64,000 nt of DNA from Candidatus Micrarchaeota archaeon (GCA_964647855.1 CAZYJW010000002.1:308399-372398); one strand, 5' to 3'; counted from the first letter of the stretch, positions 28,571 to 37,172 are shown. Numbers and translations are program-made. Notes: generated from the sequence alone by a model not told the origin.

Positions 28571-28716
28571 GCCGAGTGTGCCGGTTAAAAAATCTTTCCA
28601 TCCATACTCAGTCCGTACAGAGACACGAAAAGGAAAATAGCTTATGCTAGTTCCTGGTTTTGGATAAAAAAGGAGCCGCAGCCCGCAGACGCGGGCCGGA
28701 CAAAAGAGGTAATTGA

Positions 28717-29439
28717 ATGGAAAGGAGAATCGTACTGCCGGGCGAGAGAATCGCGGACGGCAGGCTGAACGCCCCGAACACGTACTACAACGGGGAATCC
28801 ACCTTCGCCGCAGTGGTCGGCATGATGGACGACGAGGGGCGGTACATACCGCTGGAGAACAGGTACCGGCCCGTCGTGGGCGACGTGGTGGTGGGCATGG
28901 TGACCGACGTGCGCCATGCCGGCTACGAGGTGGACCTGAACCTGCCGCAGGGCGGCTTCATCCCGACGCGGGATGTCCGGCTCACCCTGCAGCTCGGCGA
29001 CTTCGTGATTTGCCGCATCAAGTCGGTGAACGAGGTCGGGGACGTGGACCTGGGAGAGGTCCGCAGGCTGCCCAAGGGCAAGATAGTGGAGTTCCCATCC
29101 GCCAAGGTGCCGAGGCTGATAGGCAAGAAGAGCAGCATGATAAGCCTTCTCAAGGACTACACCGGCGGCGACATAATGGTCGGCAACAACGGTTACGTCT
29201 GGATGAGCGAGAGGAGCGACATGCCCCTCCTGCTCAAGGCGATTAAGATGGTGGAAAGGAAGGCGCACAAGTCCGGGCTGACGGACGAGATGGCCAACTT
29301 CCTCCGCAAGGAGACCGGCGGGCGCATGCCAGGCAGGTCCGAGGAGGAGGAGCCGCCCTACGGCGGCGAGGGCGCCGGAGAGAATCCCTACCGGGAGCAG
29401 CAGGAAGAGCAGGAAGGTGAAAACAATGGCGAGCAGTGA
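28717..29439 (+). CDS. rrp4: Exosome complex RNA-binding protein Rrp4
   Basis: IVLPGERI start, S1 (GDVVVGMVTDVRHAGYEVDL), KH (KVPRLIGKKSSMISLL); acidic C-terminal tail. Confidence 0.9.
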   Translation: MERRIVLPGERIADGRLNAPNTYYNGESTFAAVVGMMDDEGRYIPLENRYRPVVGDVVVGMVTDVRHAGYEVDLNLPQGGFIPTRDVRLTLQLGDFVICRIKSVNEVGDVDLGEVRRLPKGKIVEFPSAKVPRLIGKKSSMISLLKDYTGGDIMVGNNGYVWMSERSDMPLLLKAIKMVERKAHKSGLTDEMANFLRKETGGRMPGRSEEEEPPYGGEGAGENPYREQQEEQEGENNGEQ

Positions 29440-30172
29440 AAGCAAGGTCCAGCTTATCATCGACGGAAAGAGGACCGACGGCAGGGGCGCGGAGGACCTC
29501 CGCGACCTGCGCATCGAGGTAGGGGTCATCCCCGAGGCGGACGGCTCATCCTTCGTGGAATGGGGCGGCAACAAGATAGTGTGCGGCGTCTACGGCCCGA
29601 GGGAGTGCATCCCGAGGCACGGCTCGAACCCGTACCATGCGCTCATCAAATGCAGGTACATGATGTCGCCCTTCGCGTCGCTCGAGGAGCACGGCCGGAG
29701 CGGCCCCTCCAGGAGGAGCGTCGAGCTCTCCAAGGTCATACGCGAGGCATTCGAGAACCTGGTTCTCGCTGAGAAGTTCCCGAACACCCAGATAGACGTC
29801 TACATAGACGTCCTTCAGGCCGACGGAGGCACGAGGACCGCAGCGGTCACGGCGGCCGCGGTCGCCCTCGCGAACGCGGGAATCCCGATGAAGGACATGG
29901 TGTCCGCGGTGGCTGTCGGAAAGGCGGGCGGCATGCTCGCCATCGACCTCAACAAGATAGAGGACAACTTCGGGCAGTCCGACATGCCCCTTGCGATATC
30001 GCACAGGGACGGCAAGCTCCTGCTGCTGCAGATGGACGGCATGCTGACCAAGGACGAGGTCATGCAGATGATCGACATGGCCGGGCGCGGATGCGAGAAG
30101 GTCCACGAGATCCAGGCTGGCGCCCTCAAGAGGTTCTACGAGAAGGGCGAGGACGAAGGCATTAAGTGGTGA
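29426..30172 (+). CDS. rrp41: Exosome complex exonuclease Rrp41 (RNase PH fold)
   Basis: DGKRTDGRGAEDLRDLRIEVGV...ADGSSFVEWGGNKIVCGVYGPRE; ATG 29426 lies 7 nt after GGAAGGTGA. Confidence 0.9.
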   Translation: MASSESKVQLIIDGKRTDGRGAEDLRDLRIEVGVIPEADGSSFVEWGGNKIVCGVYGPRECIPRHGSNPYHALIKCRYMMSPFASLEEHGRSGPSRRSVELSKVIREAFENLVLAEKFPNTQIDVYIDVLQADGGTRTAAVTAAAVALANAGIPMKDMVSAVAVGKAGGMLAIDLNKIEDNFGQSDMPLAISHRDGKLLLLQMDGMLTKDEVMQMIDMAGRGCEKVHEIQAGALKRFYEKGEDEGIKW

Positions 30173-30176
30173 GAAC

Positions 30177-30968
30177 ATGGGTGAAGAAGTCAAGGATATC
30201 ATCATGTCCCACATAAGGAGGGACATCATGGGAGCCACGCTCGAGAAGGGCGTGAGGTTCGACGGCAGGAAGTTCGACGAGTACAGGCCCGTCGAGGTCC
30301 AGAAGGGAGTGATAAAGACCGCGGAGGGCTCGGCCATCGGGAAGATAGGCGACTCCATGGTGCTTGTCGCGGCCAAATTCGACATCGTGAAGCCGTTCGC
30401 CGACAGGCCCACCGAGGGCGTGCTCATAACGAATTCCGAGCTGCTGCCCCTGGCGTCGCCCGGATTCGAGCCGGGGCCCCCGAACGAGAATTCGATAGAG
30501 GTCGCCAGGGTCGTTGACAGGGCGATTCGCAGCGCCGAGGTCGTGGACATCAATTCGTTCTTCGTTGAGGATGAGAAGGTGCTCGGGCTCTACCTGGACA
30601 TCTACGTGCTCAACCATTCGGGGAACTACACGGACGCCGCAACGCTCGCGGCGACGGCGGCCCTCATGGACGCGAAGAGGCCGAAGGTGGAGGGGGGCAA
30701 GATAATCCGCGGGGAGAACACGGGCCCCCTGGGGCTCCCGAGGCTCCCGGTCACCACCACCATGATTAAGGTGGGAAACCACTGGCTCGTCGACCCTTCG
30801 AGGGACGAGGAGCGCGTGCTCGAGACATCGCTCACAATAGGCACGACCGAGGAGCACGTGTGCGCCATGCAGAAGGGGAGGGGCTCGCTCACAAGGGAGG
30901 AGCTCTCCGACGCAATCGACATAGCATTTAAAACAGGAAACGACCTAAGAAGGGTGCTGAAAGGGTAG
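30177..30968 (+). CDS. rrp42: Exosome complex component Rrp42
   Basis: RFDGRKFDEYRPVEVQKGVIKTAEGSA pattern; position after rrp41. Confidence 0.9.
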   Translation: MGEEVKDIIMSHIRRDIMGATLEKGVRFDGRKFDEYRPVEVQKGVIKTAEGSAIGKIGDSMVLVAAKFDIVKPFADRPTEGVLITNSELLPLASPGFEPGPPNENSIEVARVVDRAIRSAEVVDINSFFVEDEKVLGLYLDIYVLNHSGNYTDAATLAATAALMDAKRPKVEGGKIIRGENTGPLGLPRLPVTTTMIKVGNHWLVDPSRDEERVLETSLTIGTTEEHVCAMQKGRGSLTREELSDAIDIAFKTGNDLRRVLKG

Positions 30969-30976
30969 GTGGACTC

Positions 30977-31213
30977 ATGTATACTGCCAAATACGGCGCT
31001 TCGAACAGGAAGCTCGTCGACAAGGCCATCGCCGCCAAGAAGACGAGATACGAATGCCCCAGGTGCCACAAGCTCAAGCTGGCGCGAAAGGCGACTGCCA
31101 TCTGGAGGTGCAGGGGCTGCGACGCCAAGTTCGCGGGCGCCGCGTACTCCTTCAGGAGCGAGGCGGGCGAGATAGCCGCGCGCATAATAGGCGAGTACTC
31201 GCGGACCGAGTGA
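30977..31213 (+). CDS. rpl37ae: 50S ribosomal protein L37Ae (eL43)
   Basis: KYGASNRKLVDKAIAAKKTRYECPRCHK...WRCRGCDAKFAGAAY, zinc ribbon intact. Confidence 0.9.
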   Translation: MYTAKYGASNRKLVDKAIAAKKTRYECPRCHKLKLARKATAIWRCRGCDAKFAGAAYSFRSEAGEIAARIIGEYSRTE

Positions 31214-31227
31214 GGGGTGCATGACGA

Positions 31228-31362
31228 ATGGGAGAGTACAAGGACCCCAAGACTGGAGTGGCCGTCGCGGTCAGCGGAGACAAGTTCGCGTTCCCCACCA
31301 CGGGGGCCAAGATTCTTCTGAAGTCCAGGCCTCCAATCGCCACAGTGGTCCAGACGGACTGA
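31228..31362 (+). CDS. rpoP: RNA polymerase subunit P (Rpo12/RpoP)-like 44-aa protein lacking all four zinc-ribbon cysteines
   Basis: Not in ORF track (<60 aa). MGEYKDPKTGVAVAVSGDKFAFPTTGAKILLKSRPPIATVVQTD aligns to the RpoP pattern YxCxxCG...RCPxCGx[RK]ILxKxRPP. By hand count 35 of 44 codons end in G/C, against about half in the overlapping 31221 frame. GGGGTG SD lies 8 nt upstream; position rpl37ae -> rpoP -> brix. Confidence 0.6.
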   Translation: MGEYKDPKTGVAVAVSGDKFAFPTTGAKILLKSRPPIATVVQTD

Positions 31363-31393
31363 CTTTTCATTTTTTCCGGCCTTTGGGAGGCCG

Positions 31394-31687
31394 ATGCCCA
31401 TGATTACCACCTGCAGGAACGCTTCCGCGGGCACAAGGAGGGCCGCAAAACGCCTTGCGGCGGAGGCCGGCGCCCGTTATGTGGCGCGGGGCAAGAAGAC
31501 GATGGACATGCTCGCCTCCGATGCGCGGAGGCTCGGCGAGGAAGAGATTTGCGTCCTCGAGGAAAGGGGCGGAAGGCCCCGCGCCATCGCAATGGCTTCT
31601 GTCGACGAGCTCGGCGCCTGGCGGTGGAAGGGGGAAAGGCTTTTGAATCCAGCCGCGGAAGAGGAAGGGAAGGAGGGGCTCCATTGA
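31394..31687 (+). CDS. Brix/Imp4-domain ribosome biogenesis protein, short form (97 aa)
   Basis: MITTCRNASAGTRRAAKRLAAEAGARYVARGKKTMDML...VLEERGGRPRAI matches archaeal Brix N-terminal half (IITTSRKPS..R.F...L....Y..RGK); superoperon position. Confidence 0.6.
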   Translation: MPMITTCRNASAGTRRAAKRLAAEAGARYVARGKKTMDMLASDARRLGEEEICVLEERGGRPRAIAMASVDELGAWRWKGERLLNPAAEEEGKEGLH

Positions 31688-31932
31688 AGGCCGGATGCGT
31701 CATAAGGGCCGCGTTCCCTGACGGAAAAAGCGCAAGGGCAGCCGCGGACGCGCTCGCCCACGAGAAGGGCGTCGGGGGGGCGCGCTCGCAGACGCGGCTT
31801 TCCGTGGACGGGAGCTCGCTGGAGATAAGCATCGAGGCCGGCGACGTGGTCGCGCTGCGCGCCGGGGCGAACGCATGCCTGCGGGCATTGCAGGTTTTCG
31901 AAGGTATCGATAATGAAGAGGTGCAACGATGA
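31684..31932 (+). CDS. pcc1: KEOPS complex subunit Pcc1-like (82 aa), TTG start
   Basis: SLEISIEAGDVVALRAGANACLRALQV matches the Pcc1 A.D..ALRAa.Ns.LR motif; TTG 31684 lies 7 nt after GGAGG and overlaps brix stop (TTGA); ATGA overlap with pfdB. Confidence 0.6.
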   Translation: MKAGCVIRAAFPDGKSARAAADALAHEKGVGGARSQTRLSVDGSSLEISIEAGDVVALRAGANACLRALQVFEGIDNEEVQR

Positions 31933-32276
31933 AGAAGGAACCGGATGACCTGAACAAGGAGCTTATCGAATACGAGAACATGGAGAAGCAGCTCGAGGTG
32001 CTGCTCATCCAGAAGCACCAGCTCCAGATACAGCTCAACGAGATTCGGCATGCGCTAGACGAGCTCAAGAAGGCCAAGGGCGACGTCTACCGCTCCGTGG
32101 GCTCGATTCTCCTCCACACCACGAAGGAAGAGGCCGAGTCCGACCTCAAGGAGAGGAACGAACTGGTCGAGGTCAAGCTCAACGCCATCTCAAAGCAGGA
32201 GGAGAAGCTCCGCGGCATGGTCGTAGACACCCAGAAGAGGCTGCAGGAGAAAATGAAGGGCTATGCAAAAGGCTGA
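31929..32276 (+). CDS. pfdB: Prefoldin beta subunit
   Basis: 115 aa coiled-coil / beta-hairpin / coiled-coil (VYRSVGSILLHTTKEEA); superoperon position. Confidence 0.85.
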   Translation: MKKEPDDLNKELIEYENMEKQLEVLLIQKHQLQIQLNEIRHALDELKKAKGDVYRSVGSILLHTTKEEAESDLKERNELVEVKLNAISKQEEKLRGMVVDTQKRLQEKMKGYAKG

Positions 32277-33225
32277 TGCCGCCGCGGCTTTCAGGGAGCT
32301 GCAATCCGCCTGCGCAGGCAAGCGCGTCGCGATAGCGACCCACAACAGGGCCGACCCGGACGCCATCGCGTCCGCCTTCGCCCTGTCCCAGGCGCTCCCC
32401 GGAAGCGTGATATGCTCCGACGAGGAGATGAGCGAGAGCGCAAGGCTTCTCGCCGGGCGGCTCGGAATAGGGGTCAGGCCCCTTTCCGGCCTGGACAGGA
32501 AGGGTTTCGAGGGCCTCGTGGTGACCGACACGAGCGCCTACACGCTGATTCCCGGAGCCCGGGGATGGCGGCTGCTCATGATAATCGACCACCACCAGCC
32601 CGAGGGGCGGGACATGGAGGCCGGGGTGATGGTTGTCGACACCGAATCGCCATCGGCGTCCGAAATCGTGGCGAACATGCTGCCCGATGTAGGCGGGGAC
32701 GCGGCGTTCGCGCTCGCGGTCGGCATAATAGCTGACGCCGCGCGCTTCAAGTCCGCCAGGGCCGCGACCTTCTCTACGCTCTCGCGCCTGATGGAGCGCT
32801 GCGGCGCGCCCTATTTCGAGCTCCTATCCTATGCCGAGCCGGACCCGAAGCCCGAGGCGAAGATAGCGATGCTAAGCGCGATGAAACGCGTCGAATTCCT
32901 CTACAGCGGGGGCTACATCATCGCGACATCGGAGGTGGGAAGCAACGAGAGCGACGCGGCTTCCCTGATAGCCGAGGCGGCTGACGTCGCCTTCATAGCC
33001 AAATGGAAGGATTCCGAAAGGGAGACGCGGATTTCCGCGCGCGCCCGAAAAAGCGTGAAGATACCCCTTAACCGGGTCCTTGCGCGCGTGGCCGAAGAGC
33101 TCGGGGGCGCCGGAGGCGGGCATGCCAAGGCGGCCGGCGCGGCGCTCAAATCGCACACCGCCCTGGCGCTCGAAAAATGCGTCGAGGTCTTCACACTGAT
33201 GGCCGAAACCGGGGAAACCGGCTAG
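32263..33225 (+). CDS. DHH/DHHA1-family phosphoesterase (NrnA/RecJ-like)
   Basis: VAIATHNRADPDAIASAFAL, VVTDTS, IIDHHQ, GGGHAKAAGA motifs in DHH order. Confidence 0.8.
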   Translation: MQKADAAAAFRELQSACAGKRVAIATHNRADPDAIASAFALSQALPGSVICSDEEMSESARLLAGRLGIGVRPLSGLDRKGFEGLVVTDTSAYTLIPGARGWRLLMIIDHHQPEGRDMEAGVMVVDTESPSASEIVANMLPDVGGDAAFALAVGIIADAARFKSARAATFSTLSRLMERCGAPYFELLSYAEPDPKPEAKIAMLSAMKRVEFLYSGGYIIATSEVGSNESDAASLIAEAADVAFIAKWKDSERETRISARARKSVKIPLNRVLARVAEELGGAGGGHAKAAGAALKSHTALALEKCVEVFTLMAETGETG

Positions 33226-34487
33226 GCCAGTATGGTCTGCTCCCTCTTGGGCCCCACCGAAACGATGCCGGCAGGGATGCCGAGCCTCTTTTCCACGAAC
33301 CTGACATAGCCTTGCGCGTTCTTGGGCAGGTCCTCCATCCTCCTGATTCCGGAGATGTCCTCGCCCCAGCCCGGAAGCTCCTCGTAGACCGGCTTCGCCT
33401 TCGCGAGGCGGGCCAGGTCGGGGGGGAAATCCTGCGTGCGCTCGCCGTCTATCTCATATGCCGTGGCCACCCTGATGACCGGCAGGTTCCGGAGCACGTC
33501 CAGCTTCGTGAGGGCGAGGGAGTCCACCCCGTTGAGCATGCACGTGTAGCGCAGGACCACGATGTCGAGCCATCCGCAGCGCCTCGGCCTGCCGGTCGTG
33601 GTTCCGAACTCGTGCCCGGCCTCCCGCAGCGCCTTGCCGGTCCTGTCCTGGAGCTCTGTCGGGAACGGGCCTTCGCCCACGCGGGTGGTGTATGCCTTCG
33701 CGATGCCCACCACCCTGCGGATGCTTTTCGGGGGGAGGCCCGTGCCCGTGCAACCCGCCCCGCTGGTGGCGTTGGATGATGTCACATACGGGAACGTGCC
33801 GTGGTCGATGTCGAGGAGCGCGCCCTGCGCGCCCTCGAGAAGGACGTTCCGGCCGTCCCTCACCGCCCGGTTCAGGATGACCTGGGTGTCGGCGATATGC
33901 GGGCGAATCATGCGCGCGCTCCCGAGCAGTGACGAGAGCACCTCCTCGGCGTCGAAATCCTGGAACCCGAGGGCGCGGAGCACCGTCCTCTTGTGCTCGG
34001 CTATCATCAGGACCTTGGCTCGGAGCTCGGCCTCCGGGAGAAGGAGGTCGCATGCGCGTATCGAATAGGTCCTTGAGGCCTTGTCGGAATATGCCGGGCC
34101 GATGCCCTTCTTCGTCGTCCCGATTTTGCCGCTCGCCTCGAGCCCGCCGTCCATTATCGTGTGCCAGGGGAGGATGAGGTGCGCGGCGGAACTGACGAGA
34201 AGGTTCTCCATCGAGTACCCCCGAGACTCCACCGCCTCTATCTCCTTCACGAGCGTCCCGGGGTTCACGACGACCCCGTTGCCTATCACCTTGGTCTTCG
34301 CCGGGTAGAACACGCCCGAGGGCGTGAGATGGAGCCTGAACTCCTCGTTCCCCTTGATGACTGTGTGCCCGGCGTTGTCGCCTCCGTTGAAGCGCACTAT
34401 GTAGTCGAAGTCCTTCGCGAGCATGTCGACTATCTTGCCCTTTCCCTCGTCCCCCCATTGGAGGCCCAGGATGAGAGTTGCGGTCAT
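33222..34487 (-). CDS. purA: Adenylosuccinate synthase
   Basis: GLQWGDEGKGKIVD, GTTKKGIGPAYSDK, TTRVGEGPFPTE, GTTTGRPRRCGWLD. Confidence 0.95.
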   Translation of the reverse strand: MTATLILGLQWGDEGKGKIVDMLAKDFDYIVRFNGGDNAGHTVIKGNEEFRLHLTPSGVFYPAKTKVIGNGVVVNPGTLVKEIEAVESRGYSMENLLVSSAAHLILPWHTIMDGGLEASGKIGTTKKGIGPAYSDKASRTYSIRACDLLLPEAELRAKVLMIAEHKRTVLRALGFQDFDAEEVLSSLLGSARMIRPHIADTQVILNRAVRDGRNVLLEGAQGALLDIDHGTFPYVTSSNATSGAGCTGTGLPPKSIRRVVGIAKAYTTRVGEGPFPTELQDRTGKALREAGHEFGTTTGRPRRCGWLDIVVLRYTCMLNGVDSLALTKLDVLRNLPVIRVATAYEIDGERTQDFPPDLARLAKAKPVYEELPGWGEDISGIRRMEDLPKNAQGYVRFVEKRLGIPAGIVSVGPKREQTILA

Positions 34488-34538
34488 GCTGATGAATAGG
34501 AAAGAAGGGAATAAAAAGCCGGAGAGAGCCCGGGGGGC

Positions 34539-34937
34539 TCAGTCGGTTTTCAGCGCCTTGAGGGCGGCTTCGTTGTCGGACGCGCCCAGAAGGACGTAGG
34601 AGAGCGTCGGGGACATCGTGACCGAGAAGGCGTAGGTCAGGTTGATGCCCTTGTCGGAGATTTTCTTCGCCGCATCTGCCATGGTGCCGGGCTTGTTCTC
34701 GAGCCTGATGATGATTACCTCCTTCTCCATGAAGACGAAGCCCGCCTTCCTCAGCACATCCCTTGCCTTGCCGATGTCCTTCGCCTCCAGAATCAGGTGG
34801 GTGTTGATGCTGCGATCCTCCGGCGGCATGACAATCGCCTTCACGCCGGCGCCGTTTAGAACCTCGGAAGCCCTCTTGACTTCGGAAAAGCTCGGTTTCT
34901 CCAAGAACAGTTCTACGACAATTCGGTCTTCTTCCAT
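34539..34937 (-). CDS. ACT-domain protein (two ACT-like halves)
   Basis: 132 aa; IIRLENKPGTMADAAKKISDKGINLTYAF typical ACT beta-alpha-beta. Confidence 0.65.
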   Translation of the reverse strand: MEEDRIVVELFLEKPSFSEVKRASEVLNGAGVKAIVMPPEDRSINTHLILEAKDIGKARDVLRKAGFVFMEKEVIIIRLENKPGTMADAAKKISDKGINLTYAFSVTMSPTLSYVLLGASDNEAALKALKTD

Positions 34938-35063
34938 ATCCTCACCAGCCTATTATTTCACAGTATTCCCGACATCAATCTTATTAAAAGCGACGGTCGG
35001 CAGGCGCCCCGCAAGGGGCATGCCGGCGAAGAGGGGCATCGCCGCGCATTCAGCATCATATTA

Positions 35064-35077
35064 ATATATTTATAAAC
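35064..35077 (+). promoter_or_regulatory. TATA-like box (ATATATTTATAAAC) about 41 nt upstream of ATG 35112
   Basis: AT-rich island; GGTGGA SD-like site just before the ATG. Confidence 0.4.
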
Positions 35078-35111
35078 ACTTCTAAACACACCCATTCCAG
35101 ATGGTGGAACC

Positions 35112-36452
35112 ATGAGAAGGCTCACACACGCTGAAAACAGGGGGGATGCCAAGGGGGTGCATGAGAGGCGCCCGGAGTTCAGGAGCAGGGCGGCTGCGCT
35201 GCTCGCCATCGGTGCGGCATGCCTGCTGCCCGCCTGCGGATGCGAAAGGGGCTCGTCGGGGAGCTCTCCCGCAAGGGAAACGCCGGCCCAATCCTCATCG
35301 GCGAATGCCATAGAATCGCCTCCGCAGCCCCAGCCTTCGATGGCTCCGCGCCCTGCGGCTCCATCATCCTCATCTCCGGCGGCTGCTCCGCCGGCTTCGG
35401 CGGCGGGCCCTTCGGAAGGAGGCGCTGCACCCGCAGCATCAGGCTCTTCCATGGCGGGGCCAGGCGCAGGCGTTCCGCCTTCAGCCGCCCCTCCGGCGGC
35501 ATCCGGCGCGCCGCCCGTTCAGGAGATTATAGCATGCCCGGACAACCCGGCGATAGAGAGATGGGCGCAGAAACGGAGCCTCGAACCACTGCTGGTCAAG
35601 GCGTTCATTGTCGCCCAGAGCGGAGGCGATGCGTGCGCCGCCGGCAGGGCGTGCAGGGAGGGCTACGACGGCCCTGGCTGCATGCAGCCGGGGGTGGCCA
35701 GGGACGAGGGATACAGTGCCGGGTTCGACGAGATGCACGACCCGGACGGCCGATGTCCCTTCACAAACGCCCCGGCAGGCGCGGGAGACGCGGACTGGAG
35801 ATTCATCGGGCTAGGCCTGATGGGGGGAGTCGAGCCGCCATACACGTTCTGGCCCTCCGACCAGCACCCGGACGGCACGGACGGCGCCTATGCGGACGTC
35901 ATGGCAAGGAGCGGCCTGAGCGGCGTTGATTTCGGGGACGCCCGTGCGTGCAACCCGAGGTTCAACCCGTTCAACGCGGACGATTCGATTTGCCTGGGCA
36001 CCTCCAGGCTCGAGAGGTACATGCGCGCCGCCAAGGCATGGGTTGCCGCGAACCGGCAGTCGCTCGGAATCGACACGCCTGAGAAGGAAAGGAGGCTACT
36101 CACATATATTGCCGGAAGCATGTATTCGGGCGTGTGGTTCTCGAAAAGCCGCTCGCTGGAGCACCCCAGGTGCGCCCCGGGCTCCACGAACGGCGCCTGC
36201 TGGACATCGGGCTTTGTTTCCGCCTCGGCCGCGACCGAGTCCTACTGCGGCTCGCCCGAGGGCAGGAACGACACCGAGCGCTGCGAATCGGGCCGCCCGA
36301 GGGCGAATCCGCCCGCGGAATGCAACGGCTTCACCGACTTCGTCTCGTTCGTGCGCAGCTGCGAGCTCCCCTACCTGCCTTCGGGGCGCGACATGGGATT
36401 CGCGGTGCTCGAAATCTACGGCAGGCTGAAAAGGTCGTGCGGCCAGAGATGA
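35112..36452 (+). CDS. Secreted lipoprotein-like hypothetical protein (446 aa) with Ala/Pro/Ser-rich linker and Cys-rich globular domain
   Basis: Signal peptide ending LLPACGC (lipobox-like), low-complexity linker, C-terminal domain with many Cys. Confidence 0.6.
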   Translation: MRRLTHAENRGDAKGVHERRPEFRSRAAALLAIGAACLLPACGCERGSSGSSPARETPAQSSSANAIESPPQPQPSMAPRPAAPSSSSPAAAPPASAAGPSEGGAAPAASGSSMAGPGAGVPPSAAPPAASGAPPVQEIIACPDNPAIERWAQKRSLEPLLVKAFIVAQSGGDACAAGRACREGYDGPGCMQPGVARDEGYSAGFDEMHDPDGRCPFTNAPAGAGDADWRFIGLGLMGGVEPPYTFWPSDQHPDGTDGAYADVMARSGLSGVDFGDARACNPRFNPFNADDSICLGTSRLERYMRAAKAWVAANRQSLGIDTPEKERRLLTYIAGSMYSGVWFSKSRSLEHPRCAPGSTNGACWTSGFVSASAATESYCGSPEGRNDTERCESGRPRANPPAECNGFTDFVSFVRSCELPYLPSGRDMGFAVLEIYGRLKRSCGQR

Positions 36453-36488
36453 GGATTCGCGGCGAAAATCCCCTGAATACGCAGCGTT

Positions 36489-36496
36489 AAAAAAAA
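36489..36496 (-). terminator. Oligo-T tract (T8 on minus strand) immediately 3' of tRNA-Ser
   Basis: A8 on plus strand adjacent to tRNA discriminator base; flanked by CAGCG/CGCTG inverted repeat. Confidence 0.55.
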
Positions 36497-36650
36497 CGCT
36501 GAGGGCAGGATTTGAACCTGCAATCCCAGGGGGACCGGTTAACTTTCAGTTTTGGGCCGCCTTTTCCCAAAAGGCGGGATTCAAGACCGGCGCACTACCA
36601 GGCTTCACGCCCGGGGCATTCTCCGCCCCGCGGCATTATGCGACCTCAGC
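36497..36650 (-). tRNA. tRNA-Ser(UGA), class II, with two predicted introns (~31 nt near position 8/9; ~39 nt at canonical 37/38)
   Basis: Minus strand reads: GCTGAGG-T-[intron]-G-GCGT-GAAGCCTGGTA-GTGC-G-CCGGT-CTTGAA-[intron]-A-ACCGG-TCCCCCTGGGATT-GCAGG-TTCAAAT-CCTGC-CCTCAGC-G. It has a 7-bp acceptor, a GTTCAAATC T-loop and a 13-nt variable arm; spliced length is 84 nt without CCA. Confidence 0.75.
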
Positions 36651-36653
36651 AAA

Positions 36654-37172
36654 TCATTCGGGTTCCAGCGTTGTCTGGCTCTCCGGAGGGGGCTGCGGCT
36701 GCTGGGCCTCCTCCTGCACGAAATACCTCCTGAACTTCTCGGTCAGCGTCAGCTTCGACGAACGGCCTGATTTCTTCGATTTCAGGAAGCCGCTTGTCAC
36801 GAGCTCCTTGACATCGGAATACGCCTGCGTGCCGACCCTGCGGACAAGCTCGGATTTGAGGAGCCCGTCGTGCTTCGATATGTACGCAAGAGTCCGCAGG
36901 GCGCTTTTGCTTATCTCGGTGTCCTGCGCGTACTGCTTAACCTTGGGCGCCAGATCGTCCCGCACGCGCATGAAGAACCTGCCGTCCTGCTCGGAGATTT
37001 CCACCGCGCTGCCGCGCTCGTCGTATTCCCTGCGCAGCTCCGTGATGACGCCCTGCAGGTAGCCGAGGGCGCCTATCCCGGTGAGCGTCCTGAACTCCTC
37101 TATCGTCATGGCGCGGGAGCTCATGAACAGGGCTGCTTCTATCAGGCGTTTCTCCTCCTTCATGGGCATCAC
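36654..37172 (-). CDS. scpB: Segregation and condensation protein B
   Basis: IEAALFMSSRAMTIEEF...EISEQDGRFFMRV...LSKSALRTLAYISKHDGLLKSELVRRVG double wHTH pattern. Confidence 0.8.
   Translation of the reverse strand: MMPMKEEKRLIEAALFMSSRAMTIEEFRTLTGIGALGYLQGVITELRREYDERGSAVEISEQDGRFFMRVRDDLAPKVKQYAQDTEISKSALRTLAYISKHDGLLKSELVRRVGTQAYSDVKELVTSGFLKSKKSGRSSKLTLTEKFRRYFVQEEAQQPQPPPESQTTLEPE

Noticed and set aside
28571-28716. Possible ncRNA between sdo1 and rrp4 (GCCCGC-AGAC-GCGGGC hairpin; CATACTCAG shared with the 12155 repeat)
   Set aside because: The shared string is only 9 nt and the hairpin is short. The region is adequately explained as the rrp4-operon promoter and 5' UTR.
31221-31403. 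60-aa track ORF MTNGRVQGPQDWSGRRGQ...
   Set aside because: Poor GC3 and Arg/Gly-rich junk. The overlapping 44-aa frame has the RpoP pattern, a better SD spacing and high GC3.
35500-35900. Lytic transglycosylase (SLT)-like motif in the 35112 protein (VAQSGGD...GPGCMQ / IGLGLMGG)
   Set aside because: The catalytic Glu position reads Gln, the spacing does not fit the ES...GLMQ pattern, and the resemblance is too weak without a profile search.
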